Shown here: in pieces, positions 10,791-20,252 of the stretch
Position numbering within the stretch: the first letter of the stretch is position 1
How the letters are laid out: the number at the start of each line of letters is the position of its first letter
DNA from: an uncultured delta proteobacterium
GTDB taxonomy: Bacteria; Desulfobacterota; Binatia; Binatales; Binataceae
Length of the DNA stretch: 64,000 nucleotides
Assembly (NCBI GenBank): GCA_963794325.1
Contig: CAWCDG010000004.1
Span: forward strand, 608,001 to 672,000
Direction: 5' to 3'
Program-made: the position numbers and the translations under genes
Notes under the pieces: model-generated
What the model was told of the DNA's origin: nothing
Database searches by the model: none
The model's input: only the letters and a program-made list of their open reading frames with translations

Positions 10791-11288
10791 ATGCCGGTCC
10801 ACGAACACCAGAAACACGCGCGCAAAAATCTCAAAGTCGGCGTGATCACCGCCAGCGATTCGCGCACGCCCGAGACCGACGAGAGCGGCAAAGTCATCCA
10901 CACCTTGCTGCAGGACGCCGGGCATCGCGTCGATTACTACGAAATCCTGCCCGACGATCCCGAAAAAATCTCCGCCGCGCTCGCCACCAATCTGGAAAAT
11001 CTCGACGCGATTATCCTCAACGGCGGCACCGGCATCACTGCGCGCGACAATACTACCGAAGTCGTGAAATCATTGCTGGACAAGGAGCTCGAGGGCTTCG
11101 GCGAATTGTTCCGAATGCTTTCTTTCAATGAGATCGGCGCCGCCGCGATGATGAGCCGGGCGATCGCCGGCGTCCGTCATGGAAAATTCATCGCCGCGCT
11201 GCCCGGTTCGCCGGACGCATGCCGGCTCGCGATGGAGAAGCTGCTCATCCCGCAGCTCGGGCACATCACGTATCTGTTGCGCAAATGA
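10791..11288 (+). CDS. moaB: Molybdenum cofactor biosynthesis protein MoaB/Mog
   Basis: ITASD, GGTG..RD.T.E, SRAIAG, LPGSP motifs. Confidence 0.9.
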   Translation: MPVHEHQKHARKNLKVGVITASDSRTPETDESGKVIHTLLQDAGHRVDYYEILPDDPEKISAALATNLENLDAIILNGGTGITARDNTTEVVKSLLDKELEGFGELFRMLSFNEIGAAAMMSRAIAGVRHGKFIAALPGSPDACRLAMEKLLIPQLGHITYLLRK

Positions 11289-11986
11289 ATAAGTTCACGA
11301 TCAAACTCTTCGCGACCCTTCGCGAGCGCGCGCATACAGCGGAGCTGACGCGAGAATTCCCCGACGGCACCACAGTCGGGGACATCTGGCGGCAGATGGT
11401 CGTCGAATTTCCCGAGCTCGCCGGGCATCACGATTCAGTCGGCTTCGCCGTCAATCAGGAATATGTCGACAGCGGCTTCAAGCCGCGCAAGGGCGACGAG
11501 ATCGCATTCATCCCGCCGGTAAGCGGCGGCGCGGATACACTGGCATGCGTCGGCAAAATTACAATCGGACGCAACCGAATCGAGGTTGCCGCGCTTGAGC
11601 GCGAAGTCGCCGACCCTGCCGCAGGCGCGATCGTATCCTTCACCGGCACGACGCGCCGCGACAACGCAGGCCGCATCGTCATTCGCCTCGAGTACGAAGC
11701 CTACGAGCCGATGGCGCTATCCGAAATGCGCAAGCTGGCAATCGAAGCGGGCCAGCGATGGAAAATCACGCGCATCGCGATCGCTCATCGCATCGGCGTC
11801 GTCGAGATTGGCGAAACGTCGGTCGCGATCGCAGTCTCAGCGCCGCATCGAGCCGAGGCCTTCGAGGCCTGCCGCTACGCAATCGATCGCCTGAAAGAAA
11901 TCGTCCCCATTTGGAAAAAAGAACATTTCGAAGGCGGCGAAGTCTGGATCGGCTGCCAAACTTCGCATCCGCCAGCGCTTGAATAG
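11285..11986 (+). CDS. moaE: Molybdopterin synthase MoaD-MoaE fusion (MoaX-like)
   Basis: N-terminal LFATLRE...IPPVSGG followed by LEYEAY, HRIG and PIWKKE. Confidence 0.92.
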   Translation: MNKFTIKLFATLRERAHTAELTREFPDGTTVGDIWRQMVVEFPELAGHHDSVGFAVNQEYVDSGFKPRKGDEIAFIPPVSGGADTLACVGKITIGRNRIEVAALEREVADPAAGAIVSFTGTTRRDNAGRIVIRLEYEAYEPMALSEMRKLAIEAGQRWKITRIAIAHRIGVVEIGETSVAIAVSAPHRAEAFEACRYAIDRLKEIVPIWKKEHFEGGEVWIGCQTSHPPALE

Positions 11987-12040
11987 GCTTTTCGGGACCC
12001 CTCATTGACCGGCCGGACAGTTACCAGTTACAAATGAAGC

Positions 12041-12982
12041 ATGGCGTTGGGCGTAACATCTGTTCAAAAAATCATCCTGGCTGAGCCGCGCGGTTTTTGT
12101 GCCGGCGTCGATCGTGCCGTCGAGGCCGTTCGCAGCGCGCTGCGCTCCTACGGACGCCCGCTCTACGTGCGCCACCAGATCGTGCACAACCGCTTTGTGC
12201 TCGAGGCGCTCGAGCGCGAAGGCGCGATTTTTGTCGAGAGCCTTGACGAAGTTCCGACCGGCCAGCGCGTCATCTTCAGCGCCCACGGCGTAGCGCCCAG
12301 CGAATGGGATCGCGCCAAGGATCGCCAACTGCGCGTCATCGATGCCACCTGCCCGCTCGTGACCAAGGTCCATCTCGAAGTTGAAAAGTACGATAACGAA
12401 GGCCGCACCGTTATCCTCATCGGCCACGCCGGCCACGAGGAAGTGAAAGGCACGCTCGGGGTCGCGCCCGGCAAAGTGGTGCTGGTCGGCAGCGTCGCCG
12501 AGGCTCGCACGGTCGCCGTCGAGAATCCGGATCGAATCGCCGCCGTCACCCAGACCACGCTCAGCGTTGACGACACTCGCGATATCATGGAGACGCTCAA
12601 GGAGCGTTTCCCCACGATGCAGGCGCCGAAGACCGACGACATCTGCTATGCGACCCAGAACCGCCAGAACGCGGTCAAGGAACTGGTGCAGGTCAGCGAT
12701 GCGGTGCTGGTGGTCGGCTCGAAGCAGAGCTCGAATGCGAACCGGCTGGTCGAGGTCGCGCGGATGCGCGGCGCGCGCGCGTTCCTGGTCGATTCGATCG
12801 CCGACGTCGAGCCCGCGATGCTCGAAGGTGTTCGCGCCCTCGGCCTGACCGCCAGCGCGTCGTCGCCCGAGTGGCTGGTCGAGGAAATTATCGGTGCGTT
12901 CGCCCGTTCAGGCGCCGAGGTCGAGCTGCTAAGCGTCGCCAAGGAGCGCGTGCACTTCCCACTCCCGATGCCGGCCGACTAA
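12041..12982 (+). CDS. ispH: 4-hydroxy-3-methylbut-2-enyl diphosphate reductase
   Basis: PRGFCAGV, SAHG, DATCPLV, ICYATQNRQ, SSN. Confidence 0.97.
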   Translation: MALGVTSVQKIILAEPRGFCAGVDRAVEAVRSALRSYGRPLYVRHQIVHNRFVLEALEREGAIFVESLDEVPTGQRVIFSAHGVAPSEWDRAKDRQLRVIDATCPLVTKVHLEVEKYDNEGRTVILIGHAGHEEVKGTLGVAPGKVVLVGSVAEARTVAVENPDRIAAVTQTTLSVDDTRDIMETLKERFPTMQAPKTDDICYATQNRQNAVKELVQVSDAVLVVGSKQSSNANRLVEVARMRGARAFLVDSIADVEPAMLEGVRALGLTASASSPEWLVEEIIGAFARSGAEVELLSVAKERVHFPLPMPAD

Positions 12983-13001
12983 TTTTCTCTCCCACCCTCC
13001 T

Positions 13002-13047
13002 ATCCGGTTCCCCTTCCCGCTCGGGAAGGGGTTAGGGGTTAGGTTCC
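13002..13047. repeat. REP-like palindrome, family A
   Basis: CCCCTTCCC-N-GGGAAGGGG hairpin with a TTAGGGGTTAGG tail; other copies at 33341, 34538 and 43793. Confidence 0.8.
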
Positions 13048-13125
13048 TCGCGTTTCGCCTTGACAATTCCGCGTCTTTGCTTGCAGACTCATCCCGATTT
13101 CGCCGAACCTTGAGAGGACACACTG

Positions 13126-13983
13126 ATGCGAACATCTATCGCGCGCGCGCTGATTCTGCCGGTCCTGCTGGCAATACCGTTGATCAGCGGATGCCAGTCC
13201 GAGGCGAAAAAGCATCTCTATAAGGCTGAGGATCTGTTCGAAAAGCGCGACCTCGACGGCGCCAAACGAGAACTCGAACTCTCGATAAAAGCCGACCCCA
13301 ACAACGTCGATGCGCATAAGTCGCTAGCGAACATAGATCACCTGCTCGGCGATGAAGAAGGCGCCGGCAAGGAATTTATGGCCGCCTCGACGCTCGATCC
13401 CACCGATCAGAAACTCCTCGATCAGGCGCGCCTCTACAAGACGCTCCAGGACATGGCCAATTCCTCAGGCCAGGCGCTCGACAAGATCAAAGCGGGCCAG
13501 GTCGAAGAGGGCGTCGCTCAGCTCAAGGACATCATCACCACCACCAGGATTCCGTCAGCCCGTGAAAAAGCGGTGAACGCGCTCTCCGACGCGGTCCCGA
13601 TTATCGAAAAAGTCGGCGACCAGCAGGTGGCCGATAAGAAATACACCGACGCGATCAACACTTACGAGCAAGGCATCCGCGCCTCGATGCTGCTGGCGAG
13701 GGCGCACAAGATGGACACGCTGGGGACCGAAGCGGACCCGATGATGCACAAGATCAACGATGCCGCCAAGGCCGCCGGTAAGCCTGACGCCACCTTCAAG
13801 CTGTTCAATGACGTGATCGCCGTTTATCCCGACGACAAGGTCGCCAACATGGAATTGGCGCAGGTCTATCTGAGTGAATCGCCGCCCAACTATGACAACG
13901 CGGCCGATCTCGAAGAGCGCGGCGGTGCGCCCGACGACCAGGTCCGCAAACTCCGCGACATGGCCAAGAAGCATCGCAAGTGA
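13126..13983 (+). CDS. TPR-repeat lipoprotein
   Basis: Lipobox ISGC; helical TPR-like repeats. Confidence 0.8.
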   Translation: MRTSIARALILPVLLAIPLISGCQSEAKKHLYKAEDLFEKRDLDGAKRELELSIKADPNNVDAHKSLANIDHLLGDEEGAGKEFMAASTLDPTDQKLLDQARLYKTLQDMANSSGQALDKIKAGQVEEGVAQLKDIITTTRIPSAREKAVNALSDAVPIIEKVGDQQVADKKYTDAINTYEQGIRASMLLARAHKMDTLGTEADPMMHKINDAAKAAGKPDATFKLFNDVIAVYPDDKVANMELAQVYLSESPPNYDNAADLEERGGAPDDQVRKLRDMAKKHRK

Positions 13984-14040
13984 TCGGCGTCGGCGATACA
14001 CGTTCGCGACTGCGATGAGCTAGTGCCAGAATCGGGCCCG

Positions 14041-14679
14041 ATGCGCCGGCGCGGCTATATCGCGGTCGAAGGCCCCATCGGGGTTGGCAAAACGAGCCTG
14101 GCGCAGGCGCTCGCGCGCGAGCTCGGTGCGCGCCTGATGCTCGAGGACGCCGACAACAATCCGTTCCTGCCGCACTTCTACCAGGATCCCGACAAGTACG
14201 CGTTCCCCGCCCAACTGTATTTTCTGCTCACCCGCCACAACCAACAGCGCGAGCTGAAGCAGCAAGATCTCTTCACGCAAGCGACAGTCGCCGACTATCT
14301 GTTCGCCAAGGATAAAATTTTCGCCGCGATGAATCTGGCGCCAGACGAGCTCAAGCTCTACGACAACGTCTACAAGCTGCTCGACGCCGAAATGGCCAAA
14401 CCCGATCTCGTGGTCTACGTCCGCGCGACTATCGAGGTGCTGGCCGAGCGGTTGCGCAAGCGCAATCGCGACTTCGAACGCCATATCAGCTTCGATTACC
14501 TCGAGCGCGTATCATCAGCCTACCGCGATTTCTTTTTCTACTACGACGAAGCCCCACTGCTCGTCGTCGATACTTCAGACATCGACTTCGTCGCCAACCC
14601 CGAAGATCTGGGCCAACTAATCCGCGAAATCGACCGCACCGGCCCCGGCACCCAATACTTCGTCCCGCGCAAAACCTGA
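14041..14679 (+). CDS. Deoxynucleoside kinase
   Basis: EGPIGVGKTSL P-loop; NPFL..FY, QLYFL..R. Confidence 0.92.
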   Translation: MRRRGYIAVEGPIGVGKTSLAQALARELGARLMLEDADNNPFLPHFYQDPDKYAFPAQLYFLLTRHNQQRELKQQDLFTQATVADYLFAKDKIFAAMNLAPDELKLYDNVYKLLDAEMAKPDLVVYVRATIEVLAERLRKRNRDFERHISFDYLERVSSAYRDFFFYYDEAPLLVVDTSDIDFVANPEDLGQLIREIDRTGPGTQYFVPRKT

Positions 14680-14703
14680 CCGCGGCTTGCGTAGTCCGAC
14701 AGC

Positions 14704-14720
14704 GCCAACTTGGCTATAAT
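14704..14720 (+). promoter_or_regulatory. -10 box with an adjacent palindromic operator for the TA operon
   Basis: GCCAA-C-TTGGC directly followed by TATAAT. Confidence 0.55.
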
Positions 14721-14729
14721 CCAGGAGTC

Positions 14730-15041
14730 ATGAAAAAAGCCAAAATCGCGGAACTGCGCAACGGACTTTCGCGTTATCTGGATCATGTTCGCGAAGGCGG
14801 CTCCGTAATGGTGTACGACCGCGACACCCCAATCGCGCAGATTGTGCCCCTCACGCGGAGTAAGTCCAAAAGCAAGAAAGATCTCGATGAAGAGCGCCTC
14901 GCGCGCCTCGAAGCCAAGGGAGCTATTACGCGCGGAACAGGTGATTTGGCTGAATGGTTCAAGACCCACAAGCCGATTAAGATTCCTGGAGGCGCTGGTG
15001 TCTTGCAAGCATTGTTAGACGAGCGAGAAAGTGGCCGTTGA
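14730..15041 (+). CDS. Phd/YefM-family antitoxin
   Basis: IAELRNGLSRYL..V..G..V....R..PIA.IVP pattern; overlaps a PIN toxin gene. Confidence 0.88.
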   Translation: MKKAKIAELRNGLSRYLDHVREGGSVMVYDRDTPIAQIVPLTRSKSKSKKDLDEERLARLEAKGAITRGTGDLAEWFKTHKPIKIPGGAGVLQALLDERESGR

Positions 15042-15466
15042 GATTCTGGGACTCCTCGGCGCTGGTCCCGATATTCGTCGAAGAGGCATCGACTGCAGAA
15101 GTTGAGAGTTGGCAAGCCGCCGATCCTGGCATCACAACCTGGATGATGACGCGGGTCGAAGTACTCGCAGCTATCGCGCGAAAGAAACGTGAGCGGCCAG
15201 AAATGGTGGCTTTATGGAACCGCGCGATCCGAGAGGTGCATGAAGTTGCTTCGAGATGGATTGAAATCTCAGACGCTGCTACCACCCGTCTTCACGCTGA
15301 GCGCCTCGTCGTGGACTATCCACTGCGAACTGCCGACGCCCTCCAACTCGGTGCTGCACTCGTAGCCGCGGATGGCGAACCACAATCACTGGAACTAGTC
15401 ACGCTCGATCGCAGACTCGCTGAAGCGGCACGGCGCGAGGGCTTTCCCGTCCTCGGGGTGCCATAA
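15038..15466 (+). CDS. vapC: VapC-family PIN toxin
   Basis: FWDSSAL, LRTADALQLGAA, VTLDRRL; TTGA overlap. Confidence 0.9.
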   Translation: MRFWDSSALVPIFVEEASTAEVESWQAADPGITTWMMTRVEVLAAIARKKRERPEMVALWNRAIREVHEVASRWIEISDAATTRLHAERLVVDYPLRTADALQLGAALVAADGEPQSLELVTLDRRLAEAARREGFPVLGVP

Positions 15467-15469
15467 CTC

Positions 15470-16489
15470 TTACGCAGGGGTGCTCGCCGCATCCGCTCTA
15501 AGCGCGGTCAGTTCGCGGCTGGCGCGCGGCAGGAATACCAGCCCGATCAGCGCGTTGCACAGCATGAACGTGAGTTGTGCCGCCAGGCTGTAGGCGACAA
15601 TCTTTGCGGGCGACGCGTTGGTCGAGAAGAACAGCAGCCACGCCGCCTGGCTGGTGCCGAGATGGGCTACCGAAATAGGCAGCGCGGCGGCCAGAAAGAC
15701 CAGCGGCAGAAATAGCATCAGCTTCACGAACGGGATCGCGATTCCGTACAGCGCCAGCGCGTAGTATTGCGCCACGACCGAGGCGAGAAACGTCGGCGCC
15801 TTGATCGCCAGCACAACGAGGTAGTCGAGCGGACGCGCCTGGATGAACGTCGCGAGGATTGCGCCGGCTCGTCCGGTCTCAACCCAGTTGCGAATACGCG
15901 CGCTACTGCGGGCAATCGCGAAGAAAATCATGATGCCTGCGAGCAGTGCCCACGCCGCGATGTACACCACCCGAAGAATCGCGACGATCCTTGTCTGCGC
16001 GTCGCCGACTGGTGTGTAGAAGATCACGCCGAGCGTCGAGAACAGAAAGAGCTGGTAGATTTCGAGCATCGCGATGAACAGCACCGAGCTGAGTGCGCTC
16101 AGGAAGCTGACTCCGGCTTTGCGATGCAGGTAATACGCGACGCCGCCCTGCGCGAGGCTGGTGTTGATGAGCGCCAACACATACATGCTCGCGCGAATCG
16201 GCAGGATGTCGCTGTACCGCATCCGCGCGTTAAAGCGCCGCACAACCCAGGTGAGGCACGCCGAATCGATCGCGCAATAGAACAGCGAGTACGGCATGAA
16301 GACCGCGAGGAAATCGAGAATCGGCACTTGAGACAATGCCTGCTCGACTTTGTGGATCGGTATCTTCAAGAAGATCAGCGCAAAGATCGCGACGGTGCCG
16401 AGATACGGAATCGCCTTGCGCCAGAGCGGCGTGACGCGCGCGGCGGCGATCTCGCTGCCCTGCGTATCGCGTATCGGCCCGGCGCTCAT
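15470..16489 (-). CDS. Lysylphosphatidylglycerol synthase TM-domain (flippase-like) protein
   Basis: Polytopic membrane protein; LPISVAHLG motif. Confidence 0.75.
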   Translation of the reverse strand: MSAGPIRDTQGSEIAAARVTPLWRKAIPYLGTVAIFALIFLKIPIHKVEQALSQVPILDFLAVFMPYSLFYCAIDSACLTWVVRRFNARMRYSDILPIRASMYVLALINTSLAQGGVAYYLHRKAGVSFLSALSSVLFIAMLEIYQLFLFSTLGVIFYTPVGDAQTRIVAILRVVYIAAWALLAGIMIFFAIARSSARIRNWVETGRAGAILATFIQARPLDYLVVLAIKAPTFLASVVAQYYALALYGIAIPFVKLMLFLPLVFLAAALPISVAHLGTSQAAWLLFFSTNASPAKIVAYSLAAQLTFMLCNALIGLVFLPRASRELTALRADAASTPA

Positions 16490-16923
16490 GCGTCCTTCAT
16501 CCTCACCGCGGCGGTGCCTATCAGCACTTGCTCGCCGCGCTGGTTGTCGACGTGAATCTGCAGCTCGGTGCGATTCGCATCGTTATCGATTGAGATGATC
16601 TTCGCATACGAGGTCAACGTGTCGCCGAAGATCACCGGCCTGGTGAGCGACACTTCGATACGTCCGCCCCGAACGAAGCGCATCCCGAAGTTGTCGGCGA
16701 GGAATTGCGCGACTATCGCGATAGTCTGCTCGCCGCCGGCGATCGGCGCGACGAACCCTGCCTTGCGCGCCGCGTCCTTATCGTCGTGGATACCGCTAGG
16801 CGGGCGACGCCGCGGAGGCTGCTCGATTCCGTCGTGATACGCTTTCGCCGCGGCCGCATCGAGCAGGTACGGCGCCGAGACCAGCTCCGCGCCGATTCGA
16901 ATCTCAATGGGCGCCGCACTCAT
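16486..16923 (-). CDS. MaoC-like hotdog-fold protein
   Basis: IHDD..AARKAGF..PIA.G and PVIFGD. Confidence 0.8.
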   Translation of the reverse strand: MSAAPIEIRIGAELVSAPYLLDAAAAKAYHDGIEQPPRRRPPSGIHDDKDAARKAGFVAPIAGGEQTIAIVAQFLADNFGMRFVRGGRIEVSLTRPVIFGDTLTSYAKIISIDNDANRTELQIHVDNQRGEQVLIGTAAVRMKDA

Positions 16924-17370
16924 TGCATCTCTCCACTCTCGTTCAGCAGCACCGAGGTGATTGCTTGACGCACCAGAAGCTGGCCGGTCAACGCGTCACG
17001 CGATTCGTACTCGAGCGTGAAATAAAACTTGCCGCGCTTGCGATAGGTCGCGGTGATCGTGCCCTCGACTTTGACCGCCTGCCCGACGCGCATCGGCTCG
17101 TGAAACTCGCACCAGTGCTTGGCGTGGACGCCACCTTTGCCGCCTTTCAGCCGAGTCGCGATGAGCAGGGCGTAATCCTGCAAGCGCATCGTAGGCGACA
17201 CGATTGCGTTGGGGTTCTGCGCCGCGGTGATTGACGTCGGGATTCGCGGCCCTGACCGCCGCCGAAAATGCTCGCGCGCGCTCCGCCGTGATGACGTAAT
17301 GAAGCGGCCCAAAGCGCATCCCCTCGTGGAGATTCTCGGGACACATTGGGAGTCGGTGGTCTTCGCTCAT
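16920..17370 (-). CDS. MaoC-like hotdog protein (partner subunit), +1 frameshift near 17230
   Basis: Two overlapping ORFs join on removing one base; GVHAK..CEFHEP..VG and KRGK.Y. Confidence 0.7.
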
Positions 17371-17429
17371 CGTACCGATTGAACGACTCTAGCAGGCGTG
17401 CAAGATTCGGCGAACCGTCTTTCAGTTAA

Positions 17430-18110
17430 ATGGCAACCAACAAAGTCGATTATGCGCGCAAGGCGCGGATGCATCTGAGCAAGGCCGACCCAATCCTCGC
17501 GCGGATTATTGCCGAGGTCGGCGCGCTTGGAATCCAGCCGCGACGCGAACGTTTCCAAGCGCTCGCGCGAGCGATCATTTTCCAGCAGCTGGCCGGCGCG
17601 GCGGCCAACGCTATCTACGGACGTTTCGTCGGGTTGTTTCCCAACGTGGAGTTCCCGTCACCGGAACAAGTGTTGGCCAAAACCGACGCTGAGCTTCGCG
17701 CGGTCGGACTCTCGGAGAAGAAGGCGCTCTACATCAAAGACCTCGCCGCGCATATTCGAGACCGCAAACTCGATTTCCATAAGTTCCATAGGATGACCGA
17801 CGAGGAGATCATCGAGCATCTCATTATGGTCAAGGGAATCGGCAGATGGACCGCCGAGATGTTCCTGATGTTCAACCTCGGCCGGCCCGACGTGATGCCG
17901 GCCGGCGACCTCGGCGTCCAGAACGCAATCAAGCGCCATTACAAGATGCGCCAACGGCCCAATCGTAAGCGATTGCTGAAGCACGCCGAGCGATGGCGTC
18001 CGTACCGAACAGCCGCCGCATGGTACCTGTGGCGCAGCCTCGACATCGTGCTGCCTGATGGCGGAGCAAAGCCGCCGGCCAGGAAGGTCGCAAAGCGCAA
18101 GACGCGGTAG
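17430..18110 (+). CDS. alkA: DNA-3-methyladenine glycosylase II (AlkA family)
   Basis: AIIFQQL and HhH-GPD motif VKGIGRWTAEMFL...PAGDLG; W.PYRT. Confidence 0.88.
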   Translation: MATNKVDYARKARMHLSKADPILARIIAEVGALGIQPRRERFQALARAIIFQQLAGAAANAIYGRFVGLFPNVEFPSPEQVLAKTDAELRAVGLSEKKALYIKDLAAHIRDRKLDFHKFHRMTDEEIIEHLIMVKGIGRWTAEMFLMFNLGRPDVMPAGDLGVQNAIKRHYKMRQRPNRKRLLKHAERWRPYRTAAAWYLWRSLDIVLPDGGAKPPARKVAKRKTR

Positions 18111-18128
18111 ATTCAGCTCAGAGTATTC

Positions 18129-18536
18129 TCATTGGTTAGGTAGCTTCGAGGATTTGGGCAGGGCCGGGTTCATGTAGTCCCATGGCTGGGCGCTCGCGGT
18201 GTAGATGTCATGGCTGGGACGAAACGCACTCGGATCGTCCAGGCTGCCGACTCGGATCGAGACAAACTCAGCGCCCGATCCGAAGAGCGTTGAACCGCAG
18301 TCGGCGCAAAAGGTCCGCCGGGTGATACGCCCGCTATCCGCGGTTAGATCGAAGTACTTTGGACTCCCCTGGGTCACCCGAAAGGTTGCAGTAGGAACAC
18401 CAAGAACTGGGGCGTAAGCGCTCCCGGTTTCACGCTGACAATCGCGACAGTGACAATTCATTGAGTAGAGCGGTTCCCCTTCAGCGCTGTAACGAATCGC
18501 ACCACAGGCGCAACCACCAATAAGCAGAGCGGACAT
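18129..18536 (-). CDS. GFA family (CENP-V-like) zinc protein
   Basis: GGCACG, CHCRDCQR, FCADCGS. Confidence 0.92.
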   Translation of the reverse strand: MSALLIGGCACGAIRYSAEGEPLYSMNCHCRDCQRETGSAYAPVLGVPTATFRVTQGSPKYFDLTADSGRITRRTFCADCGSTLFGSGAEFVSIRVGSLDDPSAFRPSHDIYTASAQPWDYMNPALPKSSKLPNQ

Positions 18537-18594
18537 ATCGATACTCCTTTATCCCCTTTCACCGGAATCGGCATTTCGCGTCATTGGTATTTCT

Positions 18595-19113
18595 TTATTT
18601 CGTCAGCTTTTTCAGATCCTTCAGCAACAGGAAAAGGTGAAGCGGGTCTGTCGGGCTCGGCTCGAAATCAAATTGCTCGTACCAGCGGCGCGCATTGTCG
18701 TCCTTTGCGTGCACCACCAGCGCTCGAATACCCGCGATATCCGCAGCCTGCGCCGTTCGCAACAAGGCATCTTTGAGAAGGGCTTTCCCGATACCCGATC
18801 CCTGGTCCGAACGGTCAACCGCAAGTCTTGCGAGAATCATCACCGGAACCGGATGCCGTGCGTTTCCTTTGATGACGCGCGACGGAGAATCTTCGCGCTG
18901 CACGGACCCCACCGCGAGGCTGTAGTAGCCGACGACCCGCCTGGCGCGGCATGCGACGTAGGTCTGCGCTGTATTGGCAGCTTGGTTCGCAAGCGCGAAT
19001 CGCTTCAGGAATCGGTTAAGGTCGTCCTGCCCGCAGTCGAATGGATCGGTTACATCGTCGGTACCGAGCTTATGAACCAGTGAGAACGCCTCTGTCGAGG
19101 CAGCCGCACTCAC
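18595..19113 (-). CDS. GNAT acetyltransferase toxin (AtaT/TacT family)
   Basis: FDCG...LN.FL, LARLAVD...QG.GIG..LL.DA, VHAKD..A..WY..F.F. Confidence 0.92.
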   Translation of the reverse strand: MSAAASTEAFSLVHKLGTDDVTDPFDCGQDDLNRFLKRFALANQAANTAQTYVACRARRVVGYYSLAVGSVQREDSPSRVIKGNARHPVPVMILARLAVDRSDQGSGIGKALLKDALLRTAQAADIAGIRALVVHAKDDNARRWYEQFDFEPSPTDPLHLFLLLKDLKKLTK

Positions 19114-19385
19114 TCAAGGACGCTCCGCTCTGCGAGCAGACGGGCCAGCTTTCGCTTGATACGGGGAGGCCGGTCCAGGATTTTCAGAAACTCGTCCCAT
19201 CGTCTTTTGTCCAATACGAAGGAGCGCCGGTCTTCAAGCGTCTCGGCCGCCGCGATCAGCCCGGCATCCAACAAAAACTGGCTGACGGTCTTGTTAACCT
19301 GGCGCGCGGCCATTTGAAGCGTATTCTTGGCAGATGGAGTCACCCGCACATCAACTCGTTGAGTTCTCGAAACCGATGCTGGCAT
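19110..19385 (-). CDS. DUF1778 RHH antitoxin (AtaR/TacA family)
   Basis: R.DVRVT...K..L..AA......VSQF and F...LD.PP; overlaps the GNAT gene. Confidence 0.9.
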   Translation of the reverse strand: MPASVSRTQRVDVRVTPSAKNTLQMAARQVNKTVSQFLLDAGLIAAAETLEDRRSFVLDKRRWDEFLKILDRPPRIKRKLARLLAERSVLE

Positions 19386-19415
19386 TAGAAGGTGTCTCCT
19401 TCTCTGTTTGTATCA

Positions 19416-19432
19416 TCCGGACATTGTCCGGA
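19416..19432. promoter_or_regulatory. Palindromic operator upstream of the DUF1778-GNAT operon
   Basis: TCCGGACA-T-TGTCCGGA, about 30 nt upstream of the antitoxin start. Confidence 0.6.
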
Positions 19433-19435
19433 CAA

Positions 19436-20143
19436 CTACTCCGCCAGCATTGGGTTTGGTTTTGGGAAACCTAGTTTTGTGAGGGCCTCGTCGAGGGTGC
19501 GGATGTCTTCAGACGGAGTTGGTGCGTGCTCGGCCAGATCGTCCACGCGGCGGCGCATTTCTTTTAGTTCTTGGTAGAGACTGCCGGATAGGCGCGCGAT
19601 CACGACGAAGCAAACCCACGGGATTACTACCAGCGCCACAATCGTGATGATGATCATAAGGCGGGCTTGCGACTCCGCGTTGTTGGCGACCGCTATCAGA
19701 GCCGCGTCGTCGAGGCTCATCAGGTCTGCCACGCGGCCTTGCAGTTCGCGGAGCTTCGGCTCGAGGCTGTCGTCACTTGGCGACGCGGTGCGCATCGCAT
19801 CGAACAGCGGGCGCGCGTCGTTGGCGATTTTTTCGATCAGCTCCGCCTGCTCGCGGTTCGACATGTGCTCGCGTGCGATCTCGATTTCGGAAATGAATCC
19901 GCGCTGCTGGTCCATCACGATTTGCGAGGCGTCGGGCTGGGTGCGTCCCCAATCCATCTTGTAGAGGGCATTCTCCATGCCGTGGGCCGAGCGCGCCGCC
20001 GCATCCTCGTTCTCGTGAATCTCGCGCGGCAGCGTGCCGAGAATGTGGAATGCGCCTGCAATTACGGCGGCCGCGAGCAGCAGAATCGCCGGCGCGATCG
20101 CAGCGATGAAACGGAGCTTGGTAACGATAGTCAGATTGTTCAT
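19436..20143 (-). CDS. Membrane protein with TM, periplasmic helical bundle and TM (sensor-like)
   Basis: Two hydrophobic helices flanking a helical domain; short cytoplasmic tail. Confidence 0.7.
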   Translation of the reverse strand: MNNLTIVTKLRFIAAIAPAILLLAAAVIAGAFHILGTLPREIHENEDAAARSAHGMENALYKMDWGRTQPDASQIVMDQQRGFISEIEIAREHMSNREQAELIEKIANDARPLFDAMRTASPSDDSLEPKLRELQGRVADLMSLDDAALIAVANNAESQARLMIIITIVALVVIPWVCFVVIARLSGSLYQELKEMRRRVDDLAEHAPTPSEDIRTLDEALTKLGFPKPNPMLAE

Positions 20144-20252
20144 GCGGCTTCTTTTTCGTTCCTGTGGTTGTTTCAAAAGGATGCCCGCGACGGACGCGAA
20201 AACGCAACGCCCGATGTGACCTCGCCGCGCCGGTATGCGATAATCCGCAGCG

